From Lama guanicoe (lineage: Eukaryota), in contig MU053588.1 of the NCBI GenBank assembly GCA_013239625.1, positions 1,932,508 to 1,996,507 on the forward strand: 64,000 bases of DNA, in the 5' to 3' direction. Position numbers and translations under genes: made by a program. This document shows positions 9,222 to 22,249 of this stretch, piece after piece. The notes under the pieces are model-generated. The model did no database searches and was not told the DNA's origin. It worked only from the letters and a program-made list of their open reading frames with translations. Position 1 is the stretch's first letter. Each line of letters opens with the position of its first letter.

Positions 9222-11862
9222 ACATCCAGTGATTTTGGAGCAAAGAGCTAAAGGAGGTGAGGAGTGAGGCATGCTCCCATTTGAGGGAAGAGAGTTCCAG
9301 GCAGCCAGGATTGCAGGTGCAAAGGCCCTGAGGCAGGGAAGGTAAGGAGGGTTGCAGAAGCAGTGAGGTGTGTGGTTGGGGTAGAGGGAGCAGGGGAGAG
9401 TAGGAGGAGATGAGGGCAGGGAGGTTAACAAGGCAAATTCTGTGGGGCCTACGGGTGAGAGCTTTGGCATTTACTCTGAGTGAGATGGAGGGTCCTGAAC
9501 AGAGAAGAGATATCTGACATGCAGTCACTCTGGCTGCATGTGGGAAACAGAGTGAGGGAGTTGGGGTAGGGGCAGGAAGACCAAGGAGGGGCCTGCAGCG
9601 ATGGATCAGGATTCAGGCAGAGGAAGTGGTGAGGAGTGAGCAGATTCTCCGTAAGTATTGAGAATTTTGTACTTTGTAATTTTATCATTTGAATATTCAT
9701 CCCCATATTCATTCAAGGAAACAAGTATTACTATGAGAAGCTACTAACAACCTCCAGGAGAATCCACCGGTCTGTTCCGTTCTGCTCATTGCTGTATCAC
9801 TACATACCCAGAACAGGGCCTGGCACAGAGTGGGTGCTCAGTAAATGTTTGTTGAATGAATGAAGGAACCTACGCTGTCTTGAATTCTCCGTGCAGGGTG
9901 TTCCAGCTGCACAGAAACATTCCTGAAAATTTGCTTAAATATCAGGATGGAAAATCTGCTGAATTTATGCTGGATTTCCAGGAGCTTTGTAATAACTCAA
10001 ATGGCTCCAATTCAGGATAATGTTGCCCACTACATGGATTTTACTATTTGCCTTCCAATTAAAAATAATTTTTATCTAAGGATGAAAATACTTAAGAGTA
10101 CAGTGCAGACCTGAAATTTGCACTACCAGTGGGTAATTAGGGGGTGCCTGCAGATCTTGTGTGGGGGCACAATGGTGACTATAAGAGTCCAGCCCTCCTG
10201 GAGCTGCCAGTCCAGTGGGGGAGACAGACTGGTTCCCAGACAGTGGTAGCCCAGAGGGGTCAGGGTGAGAATTGGGGGAGGTATAGGCAGAATGGTCACA
10301 GCTGGGATGGGGGAGGCACTGAAGGCTTATCTCCATGTCCCCCATCATGATACACCCTGGAGATCACTCCAAAACAATGTATAGAAATCATTTTTATTTT
10401 TCACTCATCTACATTGTGGCCCATCATGTAGATGAACCAAGTTTATTCAACAAGTCCCCTACTGACGGACATCTGAATGGTTTCAGTCTTTTTTCCATTA
10501 TCAAGAGCACTTCAATGAACCGCCTTGGGCTTACATACTTTCATTGCATTGTATCTTTGGGCTAGATTTCTCGTAGTGAAATAGTTGGATCGAAAGAAAA
10601 ATGCATCTGTAAGTTTGCCATATATTGCCAAATTTCCCTGCATTGGACTTATACATTTTGCAACCCCACTGGTGACATATGAAAGAATTCTCTTCCTCCT
10701 AGCCTTGTCAATAAATTATATTGTCAAGTTTTTGTATTTTTGCCTGATAGTTGAGAAGTGATGTCTCGGGGTAGTTTAAGCTGCATTTCTCTTAATATGG
10801 GAAGAAGTGAGAATTTCTCATCCTTAAGGGCTATTTGTATTTCTTTTTCTACCAGCCATTTAGATCTTTTATTTTCCTATTGGATTTTTTTTTCTCTGTC
10901 TTAAGGATGTCTCAGTTCTTTTTCTTGTAAGGCAATTGAGCCTAGGTGAGACTCAACAGCAAGATTCAGTGGAAATAACTGGTTTGGGTGATACATCTGC
11001 ATTCAAATCTAGGCTCCATCATTATAAACTGTTTGCCTTTGGGCAAGTTATTTAACCTCACTAAGACTATTTCTTTATATCTATACTCATTTTGCAGGGT
11101 TGTTGTGAAGCTCAGAAATACTGAACATGAGAAACCTGACCTACTGAATGCATTCAATATCTTTAGATTTCTGTCAACTGCCTGTTTATATCCTCAACAC
11201 ACTTTTTCTAATTGGGCTGCTGTCTTTTTCTTACTGATTTGAAGGCACTCTTTGTATGTTGTGGATAGTAATCCTTTATTAGGTATGATGCAAATCTTTC
11301 CTCCAAGGTTGTGGTTGGCCATTTATTCATTCAACAGACATGTATTGGGCACTTACTATGTGCTAGGTGCTGGGAATAGTGGTGAATGAATCAGATACAG
11401 ATTTTATTCCAAGAGAAACGTAGAGCCAATGGTCCTGTGTGTATGTTAAGAAGAGCCATCTAGCGGCTGGGAGGATGGATTACAGGAGGGGAAGAGCAGA
11501 TAGTAGGCTATTGGTTGCTACGAGTGAGGACGAGGGGTGAACCAGGTGGTGACATGGGGCATAATAAGAAAGGCAGGCAGATTTCAGGTAGGTTTGGATA
11601 CCATCCAAAAGGATTTGTTGATGAATGGAGTGAAGGGCAAAGGGGAGGAAAGAGTCAAGAATAATTCCCCATTTTCTGGCTGCTAGACTGAGGACTGGTA
11701 GTGCTATTAACCCAGGTGGGAAGACCATTATAGGCAGGGCAGGAGACAGGTTTGGAAGGGAAGAGAGACTTCCACTTTTGACTTGCAGATTGGGTGAACA
11801 CATGAAGTCCTCGCTCCAGCTCTGTGAGGTAGGTACTACCCTTAGCTCTACTTTAAATATGA

Positions 11863-12185
11863 TGCTATTGACTGAGTGTTTGTGTCCCCTCAAAATTCAT
11901 GTGTTGGAACCTGATCTCCAATGTGATGATATCTGGAGGTGGGACCTCTGGGAGGTGATTGGTCATGAGGGTGGGGCCTTCATAAAGAGATTAGTATCTT
12001 TATGAAAGAGGCCCAGAGAACTCCCTTGGCCTTGCAGGAAATAGGCTCTCACCAGACATCGAATCTGCCAGTGTCTTGATCTTGGACTTTCTGGCCTCCA
12101 GAGCTGTGAGAAAATTGAATTTCTGTTGTTTCTAAAGCACTCATTCTATGGTATTTTGTTACAGCAACCCAGGTGGACTAAAACA
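11863..12185 (+). mobile_element. MaLR solo LTR (MLT1A-like) inserted in a MIR
   Basis: TGCTATTGACTGAGTGTTTGTGTCCCC start, GGCCTCCAGAGCTGTGAGAAA, ...GACTAAAACA end; near-TSD TATGA/TATGG. Confidence 0.8.
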
Positions 12186-12384
12186 TATGGGGAAACTGAG
12201 TGACAGAGAAATTAACTTGCCAGGGTTATAAATGATAAAGCCAGAATCTATTGATCTCTCTTTTCATTTTCTACTTCTTCCCTCCATCCAATTGTTCATC
12301 TTCTCAGCCATCTATACTTCTAATCATCCATTTCCCCATTTTCTTATTTCCCTACCCATCCCCTCCCAATCCACCCATCTATCT

Positions 12385-12420
12385 CCATCCATCCATCCAT
12401 CCATCCATCCATCCATCCAT
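12385..12420. repeat. (CCAT)n microsatellite
   Basis: About 9 CCAT units. Confidence 0.9.
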
Positions 12421-12550
12421 TCTCTCACCCCCTAATAAATATTCATCATGTACCAGATTCCTCAGGCATCTGACACCTGCTGTTCAGGACGGGAAGTCAG
12501 GGATGAGAGGCATAAATTAGATGCGTTGGTATGCAGTTTAGCTTAAGATA

Positions 12551-12556
12551 TTTATT
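12551..12556 (-). terminator. FCGBP: FCGBP polyadenylation signal AATAAA
   Basis: TTTATT on + strand, 150 nt downstream of the TGA. Confidence 0.8.
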
Positions 12557-12705
12557 CAATGCTTTCACAGTTGGCCTCAGTGGCTCATCAAAGGGGTAGA
12601 GTGGGGTAGGGGCACACAGTCACAAAGTGACACAGTGCACCCTTCGATTACTGCAATCACCAGGGGGTTCAGGTTCTGACGTCCTCATTCCCAGTAGATG
12701 ATTGA

Positions 12706-12715
12706 TCAGTTGTGA
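12706..12715 (-). CDS. FCGBP: FCGBP coding exon 20 (last; completes Cys, His-Asn-stop)
   Basis: TCTCTTGCAG|T CAC AAC TGA; phase 2 fits exon 19 ending ...FSP-TG. Confidence 0.85.
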
Positions 12716-12840
12716 CTGCAAGAGACACACACTTAGCACTTCTTCGTGTAGACTGAGCACCCACCCTGACTGCCCCCTTCCCATGAGGGCCCAGGTGCCC
12801 CTGCCCCATGTAGCCTGGCTTCCAAGCTACATTCCCTCAC

Positions 12841-13112
12841 CAGGGGGAGAAGTCCTGTGCTCTCCAGTTCTCCAGTGTTGTCTCCCCGTTGGAGTTATGC
12901 TCATCATCGGTCCCGGCCACGTCTAAGTTTCCGCAGGCCCCACACAGCATCCCAGCGTGGTCATCGCTGACGGCCACAGCCAGCTGCCCATTGGTGCCAA
13001 GCAGCACCTGAACCCCTGCCTTCTGCTGGACTAGCACGGAGCCATCAGGATTCTGACTCATGGACACAGATGTTAACACCTCAGCTGGGAGATCCACGGG
13101 GAGACCATTCAC
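12841..13112 (-). CDS. FCGBP: FCGBP coding exon 19, VWD7 C-half (CGACGN)
   Basis: CAG|GTGAAT acceptor, TG|GTGAGG donor; 272 nt; VNGLPVDLPAE...WRAQDFSP. Confidence 0.93.
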
Positions 13113-16044
13113 CTGGTGGTTGGTGGGGTTAGGGGGTGGGTAGAACAGAGGTGAGGCTGGGACCACAGAAGAGCTGTTATCTGGATGGAGACCCCCAGCA
13201 AGACAACAAACTCAAGGAGCAAAAGCAGAAGCAGAAGCTGAAAGAGATGAAGACCTAGATTGATGTCCTTTATGGAAAGATGAATACTTAAAAGATAGTT
13301 GGCAATTTGGGCAGATAGACAGAATGACAGAGAGTGGACGGATGGAGAGATGGATCAATGGATAATCAGGTGTGCACACAACATTCCAAGGGCAGCCAGG
13401 GGTGGAGGCAGGGAAGCACTTGTACCAGACAGATAAACAATCAAACCCCAGCATCATCCTGTCTGAGTCTAGTTTTCAAAATAAAAGAAACCTTGAGCGT
13501 GTCCTGTAAGTTACTGGTTCCCTAACAGGGCAACTTCATCCCTTATTTTTTCAATGCTGATGTCTGAAGACAAGTCATGATCCAGCAAGTACAATAATCA
13601 TGTGAGAAAATGACTGTTTCTCTAGTATAGGCTGTGGACTCAGTAACCTTGTGAATTTTTTTCCTTTAAATAACTGTTGTCTGTTCTCATTGATGAGTTA
13701 ATCCTTGTAAAGTCAGAAGCCCTAGCGAGCCTTTTTTCAAAGTAAAATTTTTTCTAAATGCTCTTGTATATGACTCTTCCTCTGCCACAGATTGGAGAGA
13801 TTGGTAGACAGGAAAGACAGGTAGATAGATCTGAAGAGATGGATGCATGGATAGATGGAAAGATGGAGGAAAGGAGAGAGGGAGAGAGACAAAGAAGGAA
13901 AAAAAGGAAGAGGTGGAAGAACAGATGGCTAGAAGGAGGGAGAGAAGAAGGATGGATGGATGCAGTGAAGGATAGTTGGAGAGGTGGATGGAAAGTTTCA
14001 TCAGTCTCTAAAGGATAAGAACTGGCTCTATGTTATCTGTGTTACCCAGCACATGGCCTGGTGCAGAGGGAACAGGGCTGAATGTATTCGCCAAACCAAA
14101 CTTCTCCTGCGTACCCTCTAGTGCCAGGCACTGATCTGGGTACTGGCTGACAAAGTGATGACCAAGATAAACAGGATCCCTGCCCACCTGAGGATTATAT
14201 TCTAGTAATGGAGAAAGACGACCAACACAAACAAAGAAATTAATGGATAACTTCAGAGAGTGATAAGTGCCTTGAAGGAAATAAAAGACAGTAACAGCAT
14301 TGAGACTGGGATAGAGAGGGAGGGTATCTGTAGGTAGTTGAGAAAGGCCTCTCTGTAGAAGCAATGCCAGAACTGAGATCTGAAGGATGAAAAGGAACCC
14401 ATTCTTGGAAAATCTGGGAGGAAAGCATTGCGATAGTGGGAACAGCAAATGCAAAGGCTCTGGGGTTGGAACAAGCTTGGTTGGCTGTATGAATAGTATC
14501 AAGGCCAGTTTGGCCTATTATAAGCAGAGCCAATGAGGGAAGGAATTGTAGAAAATGAGGTTGGAGAGGCCAGCAGAAGTCATATCATACAAGGCCTTGC
14601 AGGCCCTGGAAGAGAGGTAGCTTAAGTTTAGAATGCTGTTTTGGGAAGCCACTGAAGAATTTTAAGCAGCAGAATGACCTGATCTGACTCACATTTCTAG
14701 AACATCTATCTGCTGTGTAGAGAACTGTTTCTTGATAGAGGAGCAAGAGGAGGCAGGAGTAGGGGTCTGTTCACCTGAATTATGAATCAAGCAGAGGGCC
14801 AGAGAAAAGGAGTGACCAGTCCAGATTACACTGAAGAGAGGACTCAAGCTTCCCAGCTTCCCTGCTTCCAGGGACCACATGAAGCTGAGTCTTGGACCAT
14901 CTCCAGGCATTGGTGAAGGGATATAGACCATCCACTGGATGAGGAATGTGTGGAGCACTGGCTGTATCTCTCCACTGGACCCAGAAGACACCAGTGGATG
15001 TCCCTGCAATCAATGAACAGGCCATGGAACAGAGACATGGGAACTTTAGAGCAGCCTGCCATCTGTGTTTGGGTCCTAGGCTCTGTTACATAGGCCACGG
15101 CTGATTAGACGATGAGCTGGCATCAGCCCTCAGTTAGGCCAAGCAGATTCTCTCTCTCAGAAATTTGGGATTGGGGTGCTGAGAAACATGGGGTTTGGCA
15201 AATGCAAGACGTTTGTAAGCGAGTGGAAGTCAAGAGGCAGAAGAGAGGGCCCACTGGGGCTGGAATGGACTTACGAGACAGTGACAGGCCTAAGGGGGCC
15301 CTAAGATCAAGCTGAAGGACAGTTGAGGGAAAGGTTCAGTGGCCTGGAGTGGACAGAGTCCAGAGGACGTCCCCACTGGGCATGTCACTTGGAATCCGTC
15401 TTGGTCCCATGTATCCTCACAATTACCACCAGCATCCCATTCCCATCAAAGTGGTTCAGAGCATGGCGCTGGTGGGTTCAAAATCTGGATCTCCCAGGCA
15501 CTCTCTGAGTGACTTGAATAAATGACTTTTTTGGGGGTGGGCCCTAGTTTCCCCTCTGTGCAAAATAGGGATAATAATAATAATCCCTGTCTTGTTGCGA
15601 GGAGTCACAGAGAATGAAGCTGATCTGGTGAACAGCAAGTCTGAAAAATAGAGGTACAAATCCAGATAACACTGCCGGGGCACCTGGATCCAGCCACTCC
15701 TGAGGCTCTATCCCTGGATTTTCTAGTTATGTGGGCCAATACATTCATTTTTGCTCAAGGAACTCTGAATTTGGTTTCCTGTCACTTGCAACCAATAGAC
15801 TCTTCATTAACATTAATATAAAAACTAATAAGTTACTTAAATGTGTTTTCACTCCTCAAGAATTCAGCCAGAACAGAGGGACTAAGTTTGAAGTGCTGAG
15901 ACAAATATAAATCCAGAGAAACAAACTGCAGAGATCTGGGTAAGAAAAACAGGTAGTAAGACAGATGGGCAGCCAGGAATGTAAGGACACTGCAACAGGA
16001 AGAACAGAGCCCAGAGGAGACACTCACCCTGGGCCCAGGCTTAC

Positions 16045-16428
16045 CCATACGCTGTTGTTCCGGGTCACAGTCACCAGCCCATCCCGGAAGAAGATGTGAA
16101 CAAGGCCCACAGCTTCAGCTTTGTCATCGCAGGGCCAGACGTTAGCGATCACACGGTACCAAGGGATGGTCTCCTGTAGTCCTGAGCAGCGGAAAGAGAG
16201 CTCATAGATGCCCGGGGAGCTGACGGCAGTGCGGGCCCCGTTGAAAGTGGTGAGGTTGCCATCCACAGAGAGGGAACAGAGACTGTCGGAGACCCAGCAG
16301 TCCCGGACCCCAGCCTGGACCTTGCACACATGGCCTGTTGGGCAGCTGGCTGCCTGGCACGTCAGGCCGGTGCTTGAGGAACAGGAGCAGCGCTCGCTGC
16401 AGTCGGAGGTCATCAGGGAGGAGTTGAC
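16045..16428 (-). CDS. FCGBP: FCGBP coding exon 18, E/VWC-like + VWD7 N-half
   Basis: CAG acceptor, TGG|GTAAGC donor; 384 nt, phase 0 to 0; VNSSLMTSDCSERC... Confidence 0.93.
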
Positions 16429-16459
16429 CTGTGCACAGAAAGGGGCTACGTTATGGCGG

Positions 16460-16953
16460 TGTGGTGGATTTGCAAAAACGGCCACAACCCTTCAACCTTC
16501 TGGATCCATGCAGAGTGACTTTGCAGCAACTCCCATTAAGAAATGGAGTTTATTTCCCCTTCTCCACGAATTTTGGCTGGCCTTAAGACTGTGTCTTAGT
16601 CACAACAATGCAGCAGAAGCAACGCTGTGCCGAGTTCAAGCCAGTAACTCAACAGACCTTACAGCTTTACCCTCTCTTTCTCGGAACCCTGCCCAGCCCC
16701 TGGCCTGCCTAAAGATGAGAGACCCATGGAAGAGAGACAGCCAGACCTCAGCTAATCCAACCGGGGGACTACAGATGTAAGAGCCAGTCCAGGGGACGGC
16801 AGAAGAACTGCCCAGCAGAGCCCAGCAGAGCCCAGCCCCAACTGCAGAGCTCAGCCCCAACTGCAGAGCTGCAGGATTGTGAACTACACAAACAGTTGTT
16901 TAAAGCGACTATGTCTTGGGGGAAGTTTGTAGCCCTGCAAAAGCTAACTGATA
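16460..16953 (+). mobile_element. Old MaLR LTR (MLT1F/G-like)
   Basis: TGTGGTGGATTTGCAAAAACGGCCACA start, GTTGTTTAAAGC...GCTAACTGATA end; subfamily uncertain. Confidence 0.65.
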
Positions 16954-17595
16954 TGGGTAGGAGTGGGCACTGGAGACATCCCAGAGCCCTGGTACCCACA
17001 GCCCAGAACACGGGGCTCCTGAAACCCAATTCCAGGAAAGGGACTTCTTCCTGGTTTTCTCCTGCCTGATGGGCTGTTCTTTCTTCACTGCACTTTTAAG
17101 TTCCTCTTTATCTCCCAAATCCTGAACACTATCCTGCCCAGGGCTCAGTCCTCAGACCTGTTCCTTCTCTAAACTACACTTACTACCTGGTGATGTCACC
17201 AAATCCCATAAAACTAAAAGCAGTATCTGATCTTCAACTGAACCCCGGCCTGGGGTGGGGATGGGGCGTGGGTAATTGTCTTACAGACCATTACTGGGAC
17301 AATTGGTGAAATTCGAATAAAATCTTTAGATTAGATAACAGTATCGAATCAGCGTTAATTTCTTGACTTTGAATTGTACTGTGGTCATATCAAATGTGTT
17401 TCCTTACTCTTAAGAAACCCATGCTAAAGTATTTAGGGGTAAAGGGGCACTATGTTTGCATCACACTGTCAAATAGTCCTAAAAAAATAGTGCGTGCATG
17501 TAGAGAGAGAAAGGATGATAAAGCACTTGGCAAAAAGTCAAAGAACCTGAGGGAAGGATATGCAGTTCTTTGTACTATTCCTGCAATTTTTTTTA

Positions 17596-17996
17596 CCATT
17601 TTTTATTGATTTATAATCATTTTATAATGTTGTGTCAAATTCCAGTGTTCAGCATAATTTTTCAGTCATTCATGGACATATATACACTCATTGTCACATT
17701 TTTTTCCTCTGTGATTTATCATAACATTTTGTGTATATTTCCCTGTGCTATACAGTGTAATCTTGTTTATCTATTCTACAATTTTGAAATCCCAGTCTAT
17801 CCCTTCCCACCCTCTACCCTCCTGGTAACCACAAGTCTGTATTCTCTGTCCATGAGTCTTTAGATTCCACATATGAGCGATCTCATATGGTATTTGTCTT
17901 TCTCTTTCTGGCTTACTTCACTTAGAATGACATTCTCTAGGAGCATCCATGTTGCTGCAAATGGCGTTATGTTGTCGGTTTTTATGGCTGAGTAGT
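17596..17996 (-). mobile_element. 5'-truncated lineage-specific L1 3' end inserted in an older L1
   Basis: TTTAGATTCCACATATGAG...CTGGCTTACTTCACTTAGAATGA...CATCCATGTTGCTGCAAATGGC; perfect 15-bp TSD CTGCAATTTTTTTTA at 17581 and 17997. Confidence 0.85.
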
Positions 17997-18915
17997 CTGC
18001 AATTTTTTTTAAGTTTGAATTCTTTAAAAGTTTGAGAACTTTAAACGAGGTGAATACATTTAATTAAAAAATAATTTAAAAAAAGAATGACCATCTCTAT
18101 ACTGATGACTCCCACATTTGTGCCTCCAGCCCAGACCTCTCCTCTGAATGCCAAATCCACAAATCTGAGAAATCTAGCACAGGCAGAGTGGTCAAGGCTG
18201 GGATGGGGAAACACAGGGGTCTGTGGAGTCCAGAGGAGGTGCCTAACTCGGCCTAGGGGATCAGGGAGGGCTTCCTGTAGGTGGCGAGACCTTAAGAGAG
18301 GAGTAGAAGCTTGGCATCTCCTTCCCCAGAAGTCCTGTACTTCCAGACCCTCTAGCCTACCTTTCTGCTATTAATGAAACTGGGATGAATGGGGATAGGG
18401 TGTGGTAATCTGTCTTTCCTTTATTTGACAAATATGCTTTTGAAGAAGTAGGACAGCCTAGTAGTTCGGATGGTGAGCCCAGGCTGCTGGGGCATGAGTC
18501 CCAGACTCCCCACTTGCTAACGGTAACCTTGGGCTGACTTCCCTTTGTCACAATTTCCTCATCCATAAAACAGGAAAAATAACAATAGTGCCTGTCTCAT
18601 AGAACTATCGTGACTATTAAATGACTTAACATCTGTAACAAACTGAGTGCATAGTAAGAGCTCAAAAAATATCAATCACAAAAATAAATCAACTATTAAC
18701 TTTCAGTTCCCTTCATTAAAAGATTGATAGCTGTGCTACCTACTGTGCTGCTGAAAATTACTCTTATTTTTACTGTGATGAGCATGGAGGGTGAGGCCCA
18801 GTGCTCAGTGGGTGCCTAGCATGTACAATCACAGCCAATCCTCAGACACCTATGGTGCACGGATGATGATCAACCCCATTTTACAGATGAAACAAATGAG
18901 GCTTAGGGAGGGGGC

Positions 18916-19378
18916 TGTAGCAGGCCCTATAAGGGCCCCCAAAAGATATCAGACCCTAATGCCTAGAACCAGTCAATGTTATCTTATCTGGAAAAAGGGT
19001 GTTTGCAGATTTGATGAAGGATCTTGAGATGGAGAGATTATCCTGAGTGGGCCTTAATACAATCTTGTATATCCTTATAAGAAGGAGGCAGAGGGAGATT
19101 TTACAACACACACAGAAGAGGAGGGGGAATGTGACACTGCAACAGAAATTGGAGGGACATGGCCACAAGCCAAGGAGCTCCTGCAGCCACCAAAAGCTGG
19201 GAGAGGCAGGGAACAGATCCTCCCCTAGAGACTCTGGAGGGAGTGCCGCCCAGCCAACCCAGCCCAGTCATACTGATTTCTGACTTCTGGCCTCCAGAAC
19301 TGTGGGAAAATAAATTTCTCTTGTTTTAAGCCACTAAATTGCTGTCATTTGCCACAGCAGTCACAGGAAACTAATATA
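18916..19378 (+). mobile_element. MaLR solo LTR (MLT1C/D-like)
   Basis: GGCCCCCAAAAGATATC, GGCCACAAGCCAAGGA, GGCCTCCAGAACTGTG, GGAAACTAATA motifs. Confidence 0.8.
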
Positions 19379-19518
19379 GGGACGTTACCAGCACTGAGTC
19401 ACACAGCAGGGAAAGGATGGTGGCTTCTCTGCCCCCAACCTTGAGGGGGTCAGCACAGAAACTCTGAGTCTCCCTCAGGCTCCTCCACCCGCCCTGCCCA
19501 CCTTAAGTTCCTGCTCAC

Positions 19519-19718
19519 CGGCAAGTACCGGCCGTCATGCGTGCAGCCGCAGTCTTGGACAGGGATGCAGATACCCTGGGACAGTAGGTAGCGATCATCA
19601 CACTCGCAGCCTTCAAAGCAGCGAGTGGTGCAGCCCGTGAGGCCAGAGAGAGCTGCACAGGAGCCCTGGCAGGAGCGCGTGCATGTGGAGTAGTGGCTGT
19701 GAGCAGGGCACTGGAGCG
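19519..19718 (-). CDS. FCGBP: FCGBP coding exon 17, TIL domain
   Basis: CAG acceptor, CCG|GTGAGC donor; 200 nt; LQCPAHSHYSTCTRSC... Confidence 0.94.
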
Positions 19719-20754
19719 CTGTGGAGAGAAGAGGCAGGGTGGGGTCATGCCTGCACCTGAACACCGAATAATGAACAGGGGTACTGGACACCCAGCTCTG
19801 GGCTAGTGGTGCTGGGGACACAAGCAATGAAGATAGCTCAAGGCCCTACACTGTGAGCTCATATCAGTGGGACAGATAGTAATAGCCCAGTGTGCTCAGG
19901 GCTACACTGGGGAAATACAGACAGAAGCTGAGGGCCAGGACTGGGGAAGCAGAGGCAGAGGGGTCAGGGCCAGGATGGGAGCTGTAAGGCCCAGGGGAAG
20001 CATCCAGGGTGAGCTTCCGCTGAGCAACTGGTGGATGGTGCAGCTACCTTGAGATGAAGACCAGGGTAAGGGAATAGGAGGATCAGGTTTGAGATGAGAT
20101 GCTGATGTCATATGGGAACACAGGAGGTGTGAGGGACCCTAGGGACGCCGAGGGGAAAGTATCCAGGAGGCCCCTGGACCCCTGAGGCTGGCAGGCAGGA
20201 CAGAGGTCAGAGCTGGAGATAGACAGCATCCACTGTCAGCACTGATGACAAAATCAAGGCTATGGGGGTGGATGATGGGCCTGGACCTAGGTCCTGTCCT
20301 GAGGAGAGTGAAGGAGACCTGGCCCTGCCCTGGGGGTATGAAGGGAACAAAAAATCTCTGACTGGGAGTATCTAAGAGGTAGAGTCTTGGGGGTCTGAGG
20401 GAGCTGCAGCCTTGTCTGGAAGAATCTGAGGATATGGTCCCATCCTGGGGGGTCTGGGTGAGGCACAGACTCAGGCTTTATTATGTGAGCTTCTGGCCTG
20501 CCCGACCTGCCCTCCCAGGTCCCCACAGAAAGGGTCCAAGATGGGCCCTGAGAAGAACTCTGTCTGAGGTCTCAGGAGAGCAGGCCCGTGAAAGGAGTCT
20601 GAGAAGGGTCAGTCGGCAGGCAGGAGGGAAGCCAGCAAGGTGTGTGGTGGGAGGAGCTGGGGGCTGCTCCTGAGATGCAGACAGGACAGGGAGCAGGATA
20701 GGGGGCGCCCCCAAGCTTGGGTGGAAGTCTTCCCTAGGGCCCATGGACACTCAC

Positions 20755-21328
20755 GGCAGAAGCTATCCGTCCTCCAGGCCTTCGTGGTCACACCAGCTGC
20801 CTGGCAGGCTGCCATGTAGTCTGCTAGGCTGCGGCACAGGACGGCAATGCTGCCCTTCTGGGCACAGAGGTCGTACACGCATTGGCGGAAGTACTCCGAG
20901 GGGCTCACCACTGCATGGCAGGCTGAGAAGGGGCCGTTAGGGTCCCGGAGCTCCCCGCAGGCTTCGAGGCTCTCGTATGGGGCTGTCTCCTCTGCCGAGC
21001 ACACAGGGCAGCCTTGGGACCCACAGCCCTCGTCACAGCCCTCAGAGGAGCCGGGCGCCCGCCACGCTGTTCCAAAGGCATCCACGCTGGAGGCCACGAC
21101 ACCAGTGGGCAGGACAAAATCGTCACTCCAGTTGCCATTGAAGTTCCCACAGAGGCCACAGAGCCGGCCATGGAAAGGGCTAGGGATGGATATGAGGATG
21201 TGGGCATCGCCATCAAAGAGAAGCCGCAGGTCCTTGGTTGTCTGTAGAATCATGTGCCGGCCCTCGGCAGTCACCCGCACATGACCCACAGCCACAGGCA
21301 GGGCTACGGCCTCGCCATCCACAGTGAC
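20755..21328 (-). CDS. FCGBP: FCGBP coding exon 16, VWD6 C-half + C8
   Basis: 574 nt, phase 0 to 1; CGLCGNFNG; C|GTGAGT donor. Confidence 0.95.
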
Positions 21329-21599
21329 CTGGATGGAAGGGCCAGATAGGTCAGGGACTCAGAACCACAGGTAGGGCAGGCCCCTCAGACCCCTAGGGTG
21401 AGCCATGTCCCCCACAGACTTCCTAGGGCAGGGTTGTGTCCCTGCCGCAGCCCCCAGGGCAGGGCAGTGTCTCAATTAGTCCCCTTGGGGTGGGGTCACA
21501 CCTCTCTAAAAACCCCTAGGGTGGGCCCTGTCCCCCTCAGAGCTCCCAGGGTGGGGTCATGGTGCTTTCAGCCTCCCAGAGCAAGGCCATGTCACTTAC

Positions 21600-22171
21600 G
21601 TTTGGTCCCTGAGCCAGGCCCACAACCTGACCAGCCACAGTGACCACCAGACGTTGGGGCTCTCCTGATGCGTTCTTCTCAAGCACGATGGTAAAGTCCT
21701 CATCCTCAGGCTGTGGGTGGCAGACCTGGGCCAAGATATAGGAGCAGGAGCCATGCAGGTCATAGACACGTCCATCAAGGGTCACGTAGTGGATGCCCCC
21801 GCTGGCCAGGCAGCGGCCACAGCCTGTAGGGTAACAGGCCTGGACGCCGTCCTGTAACCGGCACTCCTCATAGGGCCCGCAGGCCTTGCCCTCCTGGCAG
21901 GTGACCTGGCCACCGGGCCCACACTCACAGCGCTGCTCACACTCAGGACCTGGGTAGAAGGCTTCGCCCAGCGGGTAGTAGCGGCCCTCGTGGAGGCAGC
22001 CACACTGGCCCACAGGCACGCAGGTGTCTCCACTGAGCACGAAGCCGGCATCACAGACACAGCCCTCACGGCAGGTGGGCTCACAGCCCTCGGGCGCCGA
22101 GAGGCTGGGGCAGCTCACAGGGCAGGAGTCACCGCAGAGCTTGTAGTGGCTGTTGGCGGGGCACTGGAGGG
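21600..22171 (-). CDS. FCGBP: FCGBP coding exon 15, TIL + VWD6 N-half (GGIH instead of GDPH)
   Basis: 572 nt, phase 1 to 0; AAC|GTAAGT donor. Confidence 0.95.
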
Positions 22172-22249
22172 CTGTGGGGACAAGAGAGGAGTGAGCCGGG
22201 CAGATGGGAGGGAGGAGGACCCGGGGAGGCACAGAGTGGGAGAACCTGT

